Assembly: GCF_001194135.2 (NCBI RefSeq)
Contig: NC_068988.1
Location: 15,065,488 to 15,124,611 of the forward strand
Direction of reading: 5' to 3'
Source: Octopus bimaculoides
Taxonomy: Eukaryota
DNA length: 59,124 bases
The notes under the pieces are model-generated. The model ran no database searches. It saw nothing but the letters and a program-made list of their open reading frames with translations, and was not told the DNA's origin. Positions 34,616 to 46,231 of this stretch are shown here, piece by piece. The position numbers were made by a program, and so were the translations under genes. Numbering within the stretch: the first letter of the stretch is position 1; the number at the start of each line of letters is the position of its first letter.

Positions 34616-36201
34616 AAAATTTGGCTCAACACCACAGATTTGCTTGACCTCAACCACTTTAGCATGTCCCTTAGTGGCTGACAATATGTGCATCTCTGAT
34701 CATGAGCAGGAGTAGTGAGGGAGCATTATAGCCATGTGTTGAGAGGGATTCTTTGGGGTTTGAATAAATACTACAAAACAAAAGTTTGAAGAAAATATTA
34801 GCAATTTTTCATACTTTCTAGGAGTAATAAATGGTACAAACACCCTTTAGTCATAAATGACCTTGGGATTGCACCTAGAAAGTTCCCTTCTGAGGCACAA
34901 GTCCAAGCAGGGTTGTTTGTGGAAGACCAGCAGTCACCTTTGCATACCAACATTCCCTCTCCACACCATCATTGTTATTCAAAGGAAAGGAAAATGCTAA
35001 TGCAGTTTGGCATCAGTGACATTGCAACTCATTTCTACAGTCAAGTGAACTGGAACAACGTGAAATAAAGCATCTTGCTCAAGAACACATCACAGCTTGG
35101 TCTGGAAATCAAACTCAATACCTTGTGATTGTGAGCCCAACGCTACAACCACTGGGCCCATCAATTTGCCACCCCCTTCTCCAAAATTTCAGGATTAGTG
35201 CTCATAGTAGAAAAGATTATTATTATTATGACTAAGGCAGTGAGATGGCACAATTGTTACTGTGCCAGAGAAAATGCTTAGCATAATTTCTTCAACTTTT
35301 CCAGGTTGATAAAATAATTATTAGTTAAGCACTGGGGTCAATATACTCGACTTAAATCTCTATTCAATATTGCTGGTGTTGTGCTAAAATTATCATTATT
35401 ATAATGATTATGATTAAGGCAGTCTTCCGTTCTGAGTTCAAATTCTGCCACGATCGACTTTGCCTTTCATTCATTCATTCGGGATCGATAAAAAAGAACC
35501 AGTTCAGTACTGGGGTCAATTTAACCGACTATTCCGCTTCCTCCAAATTTCAGGCCTTGTGCCTATAGTAGAAAGGATTATTATTATGACTGACCTATGT
35601 AAATGAGAGAAATAAAATTATATTTAAAACCGTGAAGGCTATGCATACAAGCCTTGTTTCAAACCAGCTGCATTAGGAATGATGCAACAAAGTTAAGCCT
35701 TTGTTTTTCAATGACTATTGTGTTCCATACTCTAATTGCCACACACACATATATATTCATATAATGAATTGTGAGTTATAAGTATACAGGAACCTCTTAA
35801 ATTCCACCACATTATTTTTCAAAATTATCGTGAAAATTTGAAAAGCTACAAATGGTTGGAGGAAATTTAACAAGATCCAAAATATATGTGGTCAACCGAA
35901 GATCCCAAATTCCACAACGTAAAACAAACATGGATAAACTTTTTCGAGAAGAAGGCCACATGAGACATGGTTCATTATTACGTGGGTGCACTTCTGAAAT
36001 AGAGTTCAGTCATTTTTCGCTAGGAAAGCCATTCAGAGAGACCTGTCTGACATAATCGACCTGTGACTGATATAGATATAGATATANNNNNNNNNNNNNN
36101 NNNNNNNNNNNNNNNNNNNNNNNNNNNNNNNNNNNNNNTATATATATGTATATATATATATATATATAATTACCCACAATTGTATTCACAAACTCTTGAA
36201 A

Positions 36202-36319
36202 ACATCCGGTTCCGGGATGCTATCGGCCTACTTCTGTTTCCCACCCAAACATTCACCATTCGTTTATTATTTGTGCAATTCTAACCACAGAACAGCTCTC
36301 CACACCCATCAGAAGGAAG
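36202..36319 (+). promoter_or_regulatory. ZNF-4 promoter motif and putative non-coding exon 1 (donor at 36320)
   Basis: ACATCCGGTTCCGG at 36202-36215, then GAAG|GTATGA. Same arrangement in ZNF-5 and ZNF-6. Confidence 0.6.
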
Positions 36320-38328
36320 GTATGAACACCACAACATTTCCTCTATATCTCTAAATATACACAGTATAATGTAATAATTTATCTGTCAAACTAGGCACCA
36401 ACGAATCGAGTTTCCAATTTCAGATTTCGTTTCTTTTCTCACTACACATTAGTATTAGATCATTTGTTTTTTCACATTCGTTTAGAGCAAGTTGCTTTAC
36501 ACCTATTACACTATTTTTCTTTTGTTTTTTGCTCGGGTCAAACGCTTTAGTTTAACCTTTTGGTCAAACTATGTTGGATCTTACTGAGAAATGCATAAAC
36601 CCCTCGACATAGTAGTATTCTGTCAGCCTTACAATTTTAGAGAAGACGCTTTCCTTCCCAATATTTCCCAGGTTTTAAACTGTTTACATTTTAACTGATA
36701 CTTTACGAATGTATTAAGTTAAATAAATACATTTCTGTGACTATTTGAGCACGTTACTTCCACGTGAGAACACCGATTTCAGTGTGAGCACATTTCACTT
36801 AAACCTGTTTTAATTAGTCAAGAAAAATGCATCTTGAAATAGAGAAGGTATAGCAGGGAAGACTGTCACTCTGAGTACTCGGTCCTCTGGTAATATAAAC
36901 GAAAGTAAAAACCCGCCAGTTTTCAATTTCAGGAAGTCAAACATTGATGACAAGAGTGATTTCCCCTTTATATCTCAGATATTCTACTGCTGGATGTTCT
37001 CTCTGTTCCCAAGCAAAGCAATATTCACCCATGGTTAGACATGATTTTTCAAAATATTGGGAATTAATGACAATGCTTATATGGCAACCGCACTTATTTA
37101 ACAACTGTCGTTGTTGTTGGCACTCCGTCGCTTACGACGTCGAGGGTTCCAGTTGATCCGATCAACGGAACAGTCTGCTCGTGAAATTAACGTGCAAGTG
37201 GCTGAGCACTCCGCATACACGTGTACTCTTAACGTAGTTCTCGGGGATATTCAGTGTGACAAGAAGTGAGAATATGATGAGGAAAAGAGGTAGAGGGGAG
37301 ATATATGGAAGAGCCAGTGATAGAAGGAATAATGAGAGACAGAGAGAGAGAAGAAATAGCAGTTTTATATTTGCTAGTAAAAGAGGAGAGAGCAAGTGAT
37401 GGACACTCACAGAAATGGTAAATGGTTAGCAGTACAGAAGCATAATATTGGTTTCAAATTTTGGCACAAGGCCAGTAAATTTGGGGGAAGGGGTGAAGTC
37501 GATTACATTGATTTGGAATATCAAATGGTACTTATTTTATCAATCCCAAAAGGATGAAAGGCAAAGTTGACCTCGGTGGAATTAGAACTCAGAATGTAAA
37601 GGCTGATGAGATGCTGGTATGCATTTTGCTCAGCGTGCTAACAATACTGCCAGCTCACCGCCTTACAGAAGGGTCATATTGACTAGTAAGAGAGTGAGGT
37701 CAGTGATCACTGTCAGTACATGTAAACTTGGATAACAGCACAGAAAGGTGGTGAAGTGTATCGTACGACAACAGATGAGATATAGTCCTTCATTATGTAG
37801 GGTCATGGTGGAAAAGAGAGGGAGAGGTAGAAATAAAGTGATACAGTTTGGTGGTAGAGTGGAGAGAATATGACCTAATTGATTACTTTTCTCTCTGAAT
37901 GACTCATTGTTATCATTGGACTCTGGTAATTTACTGATATAGTGATGTCTCCGTACATCAGTGGTTAACTGCATCCATTTCATCCACATACGGCTACCAT
38001 TCTCTGTTTTCTCTATATTCTCACTGTGTATTTTATCATTTTCTGTTTTTTCAATGTCTTTGATCAGAAATTTAATCTCTAATATGTTATCATTGTATTG
38101 TTACTTACATCGTACTCCCTTTACATATTTCAGGGTATCTGATGGTATTGAGATTTTGAAGATAAAAGAATGACTTGACCAAAGATATAGGGAACATTGT
38201 TTGAGAAAGTTCACTTTTGAAGAAACTATATTCATTATTGAAATTATCGAAAGAAATATCGCTCTGAAAAATTACAGAACTAAGGGTTTTTTAAAAATTT
38301 TATTTATTTGTTAGTAAATCTGAAAGTT

Positions 38329-40002
38329 ATGGAAGATGAACTGAATGAGAATCAGGTCCATAATGAAACACAGCCTGATGATAATGATGCTTCTCATCAA
38401 ACAGAGAAGGCATCATACATGTGTGACATCTGTGGAAAGTTTTTTAAATTTAGAAGACATTTAATTCGACATCAGTCTGTTCACAAAAGCCAGAAACCAT
38501 ACAAATGTAATGTTTGTGGTAAAACATACTCTTTAAATAGTAGTTTATATAAACACAAACTTTCTCACACAGGAGAGAAACCATACCATTGTGATATCTG
38601 TGGTCAAAATTTCTCTGTTAAATATTCTTTAACTTTACATAAACGTATTCACACAGGAGAAAAGCCATATCACTGTGATATCTGTGGTAAAAGGTTCTCT
38701 GTTAGTAGTTCAGTGGCAGTGCACAAAGTTATTCACACAGGCCAGAGACCATACAAGTGTGATTTTTGTGGTAAAGCATTCAGTTTCAGTTCCTATCTAT
38801 CTAAACATAAACGTCTTCATACAGGGGAGAAACCATGCTGCTGTGATATTTGTGGTAAGACATTCACACAAATTTCTCATTTAAAAACCCATACACGTGT
38901 TCACACAGGAGAAAAACCGTATCACTGTGATGTTTGTGGCAAAAAGTTCTCTACTAATGAACATTTATCTAGTCACAAATATGTTCACACAGGGGTAAAA
39001 CGATATCATTGTGATATTTGTGGTAAAGCATTCCCCCGAAGTGGTAATTTAAAGATCCATAAATTTCTTCATACAGGAGAAAAACCATATCACTGTGATA
39101 TATGTGGAAAAAACTTCTCTACAAATGATTATTTATCCAACCACAAACGCATTCATGCAAAGGTAAAAACATGCCGTTGTGATATTTGTGGTAAAGCATT
39201 CTCTCGAAATAGGGATTTATTGACACATAATCGCATTCACACAGGTGAGAAACCATATCATTGTGATGTTTGTGGTAAATCATTTACTATAAGTGGTCAT
39301 TTAACTAAACACAAACGTATTCACACAGGGGAGAAACCATTCCATTGCAGTATCTGTGGTAAAAATTTTGCTAGAAGTGGATATCTATCCCAACATAGAC
39401 GTATTCACACAGGAGAGAAACCATTTCACTGTGATATCTGTGGTAAAAATTTCGCTTTAAGTGGATCTTTAACCAAACATAAACGTATTCACACAGGTGA
39501 AAAACCATTTCATTGTGATATCTGTGGTAAAACTTTCTCTGAAAGTAGTTCTGTAATATCTCATAAACGTGTTCACACTGGAGAAAAGCCATATCATTGT
39601 GATATCTGTGGAAAAACATTCACTGCTAGTAATTCATTATCTGCACACCAAACTATTCATACAGAAGAGAAACCATATGGCTGTGATGTATGTGGTAAAG
39701 CATTCTCGCGATCTGGTAATTTATTGAGACATAAACATATTCACACAGGACATAAACCATATCAGTGTAGCATATGTGATAAAACATTCTCTTGCAGTTC
39801 TTATTTAGACAAGCACAAACGTGTTCACAATGGAGACAAGCCATACCCTTGTGATATCTGCGGTAAATCATTCTCTCAAAATAATCATTTATTGAATCAT
39901 AGACATATTCACACAGGTGACAAACCTTATCACTGTGATCTTTGTGGTAAAGCATTCTCTCAACAAAGTACTTTGTCTGTCCACAAACGTATACACAATT
40001 GA
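38329..40002 (+). CDS. ZNF-4: C2H2 zinc-finger protein, 557 aa from the ATG, 19 fingers
   Basis: ATG 38329 aligns with the paralog starts (the ORF track uses an upstream TTG). Acceptor ends at 38133. Confidence 0.95.
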   Translation: MEDELNENQVHNETQPDDNDASHQTEKASYMCDICGKFFKFRRHLIRHQSVHKSQKPYKCNVCGKTYSLNSSLYKHKLSHTGEKPYHCDICGQNFSVKYSLTLHKRIHTGEKPYHCDICGKRFSVSSSVAVHKVIHTGQRPYKCDFCGKAFSFSSYLSKHKRLHTGEKPCCCDICGKTFTQISHLKTHTRVHTGEKPYHCDVCGKKFSTNEHLSSHKYVHTGVKRYHCDICGKAFPRSGNLKIHKFLHTGEKPYHCDICGKNFSTNDYLSNHKRIHAKVKTCRCDICGKAFSRNRDLLTHNRIHTGEKPYHCDVCGKSFTISGHLTKHKRIHTGEKPFHCSICGKNFARSGYLSQHRRIHTGEKPFHCDICGKNFALSGSLTKHKRIHTGEKPFHCDICGKTFSESSSVISHKRVHTGEKPYHCDICGKTFTASNSLSAHQTIHTEEKPYGCDVCGKAFSRSGNLLRHKHIHTGHKPYQCSICDKTFSCSSYLDKHKRVHNGDKPYPCDICGKSFSQNNHLLNHRHIHTGDKPYHCDLCGKAFSQQSTLSVHKRIHN

Positions 40003-40433
40003 GAATCTATGTACCATTAATATTTCTGTTAGTAGATTGTCATACTAAGCTTTTTGCAATGAGTCGGCCTGTAACCATTCATATTTTTATTGAGAATATC
40101 AATGAAGCATTTTGTAGAGACTTCAATAAATTAAAATTTTTAGAAAACAATATAGTTTCAGTGAAAGGGAATTTCTGTTGCAGTTCGTAAATTTATATTT
40201 CAACTTTAAAACAGACACATCTGAAAATATTGATATGAAGCTACATGTTAATAATAATGTCCATTTAACTTTTCTTTGAATTTTTCAATAAAATATTTCT
40301 TTTTTATGGAACTTCTAGTGTCACAGTCTTTTTAAAAGTTCTTACATTACAGATATCCAGATGTTCACTTAATGGAATTTTGCTGTTCAAAATATAAGGG
40401 ACATCAGCATGTTTGACTTTAAAATTTATTGTC

Positions 40434-40740
40434 TGTGCTGGTGCCATGTAAAAAGCAGCTGTGACGATGCCATGAAAAAAGCACCAGTGACGGTACCCTG
40501 AAAAAAAAGGACTGGTGATAGTGTCACATAAACACTGGTGTTAGTACCACATGTAAAGTACTGATGCTGGTTCCATGTAAAAAGCACTCTTTATACATGG
40601 TATAAAGTGGTTGGTATTGAAAAGGGCATCCAGCCATAGAAACTATGCAAAAATAGACAATGGGGCCTGGTGCAGCCCTTGGCCTTACCAGCTCCCATCA
40701 AGCCCATGCTAGCATGGAAAATAGACATTAAATAATGATA
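40434..40740 (+). mobile_element. Retroposon-like repeat with internal ~24-bp tandem units and an (ATG)n-type tail; related pieces at ~10780, 15700-15865, 20590-20750, 26340-26800 and 41660
   Basis: GCTGGTGCCATGTAAAAAGCA-type units and a shared ending CCATGCTAGCATGGAAAATAGACATTAAAT. Confidence 0.65.
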
Positions 40741-41899
40741 ATTATGGAGGTGTGCTGTTACCTTTGTGCGTATGTATATACAAAAGTATGTGTTGTATTG
40801 TTATTTTTAGTATGTGCAATGTTCATCATGCAACCTCACTTGTAACAAATGTGATTACTACCACATAAAGACTGCTCTAACTAATGTGTTTATACTCCAA
40901 TGAATGATGACAAAGCTGCAGTCTCGTGCCAACAGCCCACCCCTGCCATGTATAGTACTCTATACAAAGAATTGATGTTGCTGAACATACTGTAATGCCA
41001 ACATCCTGCCTGTACACATGGACTTAAAAATTCAGAAGACAGCGTGTGTTGTTTCAGTAACATTAATACCACTTGACCAGAACTAACCAATAGAAGCCTA
41101 AACACCTAGAAGCCACCTTGAATTCCTGTCAAATCTCCCACTCTACTTCTAGCTTCTGATGAGATGGACATTTCTTGTGAGCCAATGACATTTTTAGTTG
41201 TGGAGCTGTCTCAAACTTTCGTACCTATATAAATATGCGCACGTGTATGTGTGTATATATATATATATATACACACACACACAAATACATATATACACAT
41301 ACACACAAACATACGTGTGTGTGTGTGTGCCAGTTATCAGTTTAAGACTTACATTCTAAGAAGGAAAAACTATAAGTCATGACGTCAACAAGGAGTCTTA
41401 ACTGTGCCTAATGAGCATAGCTCAGTCTAACACTGCTTGTCTTTATATGGAATTCTGTGGATGTGTGATGTATCTACATTATAACAGCACTTTTCAGTCA
41501 CAAGAAGGTAAGTATTATAGTTTAGAAACATTTTGCTTATCTTTAGATTTTGAGATTAAAAACTACTTGTTTCTGGGATGCAGAATATGTTATGAATTTA
41601 ATAAGAGTTTAGGACTTTTTGTACTTTATTTCTTATAAATAATGAATAGGTGTGGCTCACTGGATCCTGTCAAACTGTCCAACCCATGCCAGCATGGAAA
41701 ATGGACATATAATGAAAATGATGAGGTACCTAATCATGCTCTGTTTTACAGTTTCGTATTCAGTATTTTAATATAAAATAGGTGCGGTAAGAAATTTGCT
41801 TCACAACCACATGGTTCAAGGTTCAGTTTCACTGTGGAACCTTGAGCAAGTGTCTGCTATACTCCCCAGGCTGACCAAAGCCTTGCAAATGGATTGAAC

Positions 41900-42615
41900 C
41901 TTACAATATGTGGTGCATCGCTGTACTTGAGAAGACCCGCCAACCATAACAGAATTCAGATCCTAAAATCAAGGTACCACTGTCGCAGATGTGAAGCTGA
42001 AAGTCAGAGTGGTGGGGAGGGTTCCACGGTGCTATAAATGCAGCCTTTCAGGCCACAGATCAGATTGTCTTCCGCCCCTGTGAAGGCTAGGGAAAGGTAA
42101 AAAAGTGAGAAAGTAGTTGGTGCTCCACTGCCCAAGGAGGCTGAGGAAAAGCGCAAGAAGCGGCACCACAGACAAAGACCAGTACCAGCATCAAGGAAGA
42201 GGAGGGAAACACCAGCTGGGAAACAGCAGGAAAAAAAGAAGGAAGATGAGAAAGAGGACACGAATGACCCGAAACCCACACCCACTCTACCCCAACCACC
42301 CCCTACAGACACCAATTCTTCCCATACCCCACCTGACATAAACACAAGCACAAACACACAGGAGCCCCAAATTTTCCCACCCTGGCCCTTGGATAAATTT
42401 GTAATATTGTATAACAGGAAAAAGGAAGAACTTTGTTACGAGATAAAGACATGGGACAGAGCAATAGAAGTGGACATAACAGGGGGGGTTGGGTTGCCCG
42501 AGGATGTTTGCTGTACAGTGGCGGACCCGGAATCCCTCTTGAGATTAAGGAATTACAAGGAAGAAATTAACTTTGATTGGTGGGTTACGAAGATGAACAT
42601 CAGCAAAATACCTAA
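41900..42615 (+). mobile_element. Degenerate gag-like ORF1 of an L1/Tx1-type LINE
   Basis: KVRVVGRVPRCYKCSLSGHRSDC zinc knuckle at ~42000-42068, followed by a charged low-complexity stretch. Runs into a gap. Confidence 0.5.
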
Positions 42616-43295
42616 NNNNNNNNNNNNNNNNNNNNNNNNNNNNNNNNNNNNNNNNNNNNNNNNNNNNNNNNNNNNNNNNNNNNNNNNNNNNNNNNNNNNN
42701 NNNNNNNNNNNNNNNNNNNNNNNNNNNNNNNNNNNNNNNNNNNNNNNNNNNNNNNNNNNNNNNNNNNNNNNNNNNNNNNNNNNNNNNNNNNNNNNNNNNN
42801 NNNNNNNNNNNNNNNNNNNNNNNNNNNNNNNNNNNNNNNNNNNNNNNNNNNNNNNNNNNNNNNNNNNNNNNNNNNNNNNNNNNNNNNNNNNNNNNNNNNN
42901 NNNNNNNNNNNNNNNNNNNNNNNNNNNNNNNNNNNNNNNNNNNNNNNNNNNNNNNNNNNNNNNNNNNNNNNNNNNNNNNNNNNNNNNNNNNNNNNNNNNN
43001 NNNNNNNNNNNNNNNNNNNNNNNNNNNNNNNNNNNNNNNNNNNNNNNNNNNNNNNNNNNNNNNNNNNNNNNNNNNNNNNNNNNNNNNNNNNNNNNNNNNN
43101 NNNNNNNNNNNNNNNNNNNNNNNNNNNNNNNNNNNNNNNNNNNNNNNNNNNNNNNNNNNNNNNNNNNNNNNNNNNNNNNNNNNNNNNNNNNNNNNNNNNN
43201 NNNNNNNNNNNNNNNNNNNNNNNNNNNNNNNNNNNNNNNNNNNNNNNNNNNNNNNNNNNNNNNNNNNNNNNNNNNNNNNNNNNNNNNNNNNTGTG

Positions 43296-43328
<33 letters not shown>

Positions 43329-43720
43329 TTGTCTCCCCCTCACCATCGCTTGACAACCGATGTTAGTGTGTTAGCGTCCCCGTAACTTACACACACACAT
43401 CTAGAGGTCCGGCAAAATAAAGCGATAGAATAAGTACTACGATTACAAAGAATAAAGTCCTGAGGTCTATTTGTTCGACTAAAGGCGTTGCTCCAGCATG
43501 GCCGCAGTCAAATGACTGAAACAAAAAGAATATCTATAGATATATATAGAGAGAGAAAGAAAGAGAGGGATCCTTCTATTTATTAATATATGTATATGTG
43601 TATATAAATACGCATGTACGTGTGCGTGTACATAAATATATATATATACGAGGGACAGGATATTTCTTTCATACTGCTCACACACACATTCATGACCGTT
43701 CCATTCATACATCATTGTAA

Positions 43721-43804
43721 ACATCCGGTTCCGGCACGCCATCTTCCTATGTTTGTTTCTTATTATTTACAGAGCTCTGCATCTGAACACCCTCCCTGTA
43801 CAAG
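43721..43804 (+). promoter_or_regulatory. ZNF-5 promoter (tandem ETS-like plus YY1-like motif) and putative exon 1 (donor at 43805)
   Basis: ACATCCGGTTCCGG at 43721-43734, CGCCATCTT at 43737-43745, CAAG|GTATGG. Confidence 0.62.
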
Positions 43805-43944
43805 GTATGGGCATGACTTAAGTTTTATTTATCTATATACAATATGCAATATTTTGCTTTCCTGACTCAATTTCGTGTTTCGTTCCTTTTCTCCCAATAC
43901 GTTATTCATTCCGTCTCTCTGTTCCTTGCTCAGAAATGCATCGA

Positions 43945-44317
43945 CTCTTTTACTCTCTTATTCGTTTCATTTGACTACGACCATGCTGGAGCACTGCCTG
44001 CAGTCGAACAAATCGAGCCCAGGATTTATTATTTGTAAGCCTAGTACTTATTCTATCAGTCAGTTTTGCCGAACCGCGAGGGGGGACGTAAACACACCAC
44101 CATCGGTTGTCAAGCGATGGTGGGGGTACAAACGGCTATCTTTCGTTTTGATGTTAATAGCCTACGACGAGTTTCTTTCAGTTTCCACCTACCAAATCCA
44201 CTCATAAGGCTTTGGTCGGCCCGAAGCTATAGTAGAAAACACTTGCCCAAGTTGTCACGCAGTGGGACTGAACCCGGAACCATGAGGTTGGTAAGTAAGC
44301 TACTTAGCACACAGCCA
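43945..44317 (-). mobile_element. SINE family B, antisense, in ZNF-5 intron 1
   Basis: Reverse complement of the 34174 element. Confidence 0.85.
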
Positions 44318-46231
44318 TCATATTTTTCTGTCATTCCTGCCATCCATGGACGGAACAGAGTCTTTCTCTCCCGATCTCCCCTGATTTTAAATGGTTTATA
44401 GAAAAACAATTTTACTTCTATTCTACAAATGCAAAAACGACCACAATATTAGTAATTCTGAGTACGTTATTTTAAACTGGAGAATACTGACTCGAAAGTG
44501 AGTACATTTGAATATGTTTTAATTAGCCAATAATAATATATCTTCTAATCTAGGAGATATAACTGGAAAGACTTTATCGCACGGAGAATATAGTGTTTTA
44601 GTATTATAAACAAGAGAACAGACCCCCCACCATTTTTCATATACAATTAAACATTGAAAGACAGAGTGATTTCCCTTGTATATCTAATAGATTGTGGATT
44701 AAACCGCAAAGACCCTGCTCGATATAAATAAAGCTATGTACTTTTTCACAGCATACCTAATGACGAGCGTAATACAATATCTTAGTATTGTGTAGTCTTC
44801 ATTAAAAAATCCCCAATGGTCACGCTTTGGCCAATATACATAGATGAAATTACATGCATATGCAGTATCTAGTGTCCAATGATAGCATCATGCTCCACTA
44901 TATGCTTTGGTATGGTTTCTACAATTGGATGCTCTTTCCTAACATCACTATTTGAGGTTTTGCTGTACAGTTCACAAGACTGCTAAGGGAAGTGAGGGCT
45001 TTATGCTAGAGGACGAAGATGCAAAGTATGAGCGCTGGGGGACTAGGTTTTTGAAGTGGAGTTGCATGGTTAAAACCATAGAACATGTTATTGTTAATGA
45101 GATAAGCTTTTAAAAGAAAACGAAGGTCATAGTCTTTGAAAAATTCTTTGACAAAAAGAATCATTTCTGAAGGTTGCCACCATTATCCACATAACTGTGA
45201 ATCTCACATTGTGTTCATTTCCATAGTAATAAGCAAAGCTATAGTCTGCCCTGCTTCCATTGTAACAAAGACGCGTTGTACTTAGCACGACTGTGACACG
45301 TTCATCACCACAAGTTTTGATGAGCGATATCATTTTGTGCCTGGGCCATTTCTGTCAATTTCTAATAGACAGCTATCACACAGAAAATGCAAGCTTCCCA
45401 TTCCTGTTTTCTGATTGGACTAAAAATGATCAAACTTTGAAAACTCTGTAACATTTTTCTAAATTTTTCTATGAATAAATGAATCCCAAATTCGGATTCA
45501 GTGTGAAAAATTGCATCAATATTTCAAATTTGAAAAATTTCAATGGATTTGAAAATTTCCAAATCTGTGACAGTAGCTGTAAAAATTTGGCAAAAGTAAT
45601 TGATGCAGGGTCTGTTGTTCTTGATTTAATGATAAGGAATACTATGATACCTGCTGGTATTGCAACAGTGTTTGGTCCATTATCTCCTCCATATCTGTGG
45701 TAACACTCAACAAATTATGATAGTATGTACCATCACTAAGTAAAATGATTTGTTTTTTCTTTGAATAAATCATTGGCCTTAGTCACATCTGTGACTGAGG
45801 CCAATGATTTACAGATGGAGTAATGACTGATTACATCCGTGAGTGATGTTGATTACTCATGTGGTTGATATCACTCATTTCAGTCATCTTCATACCATTG
45901 TTTCTTTGCTCTGGGTGCTTATATATCCTTGTCTCTCTTAACATTTGTTTCCAATATTGATGGTCAGAAATCTCTTCTCTAAGTGTCAGCGTTATATTGT
46001 TGCTTATATCATATTCTCTTTATATATTTCAGGATATATGATGGCATCGAGACTTTGGAGACTAATGAATGACATTACCAAAGATATAGGGAATCATGTT
46101 TCACAAAAATCACATTGAAGAAACTATACCCTATTTTTGAAAATAAAGAAGAAAAAAAAAAAACAGAATTATTTCTCTGTTGAAAATTACAGGATAAGGT
46201 TTTCTACTTTTCTGAAGGAGATTTGAAAATT

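Noticed and set aside
40434-40590. Repeat-spacer-like ~24-bp periodic array resembling CRISPR
   Set aside because: The units are degenerate internal tandem repeats of a common eukaryotic retroposon, with no unique spacers and no cas genes.
38308-46231. TTG starts for ZNF-4 (38308) and ZNF-5 (46223) in the ORF track
   Set aside because: Paralog alignment places the start at ATG 38329 and ATG 46232.
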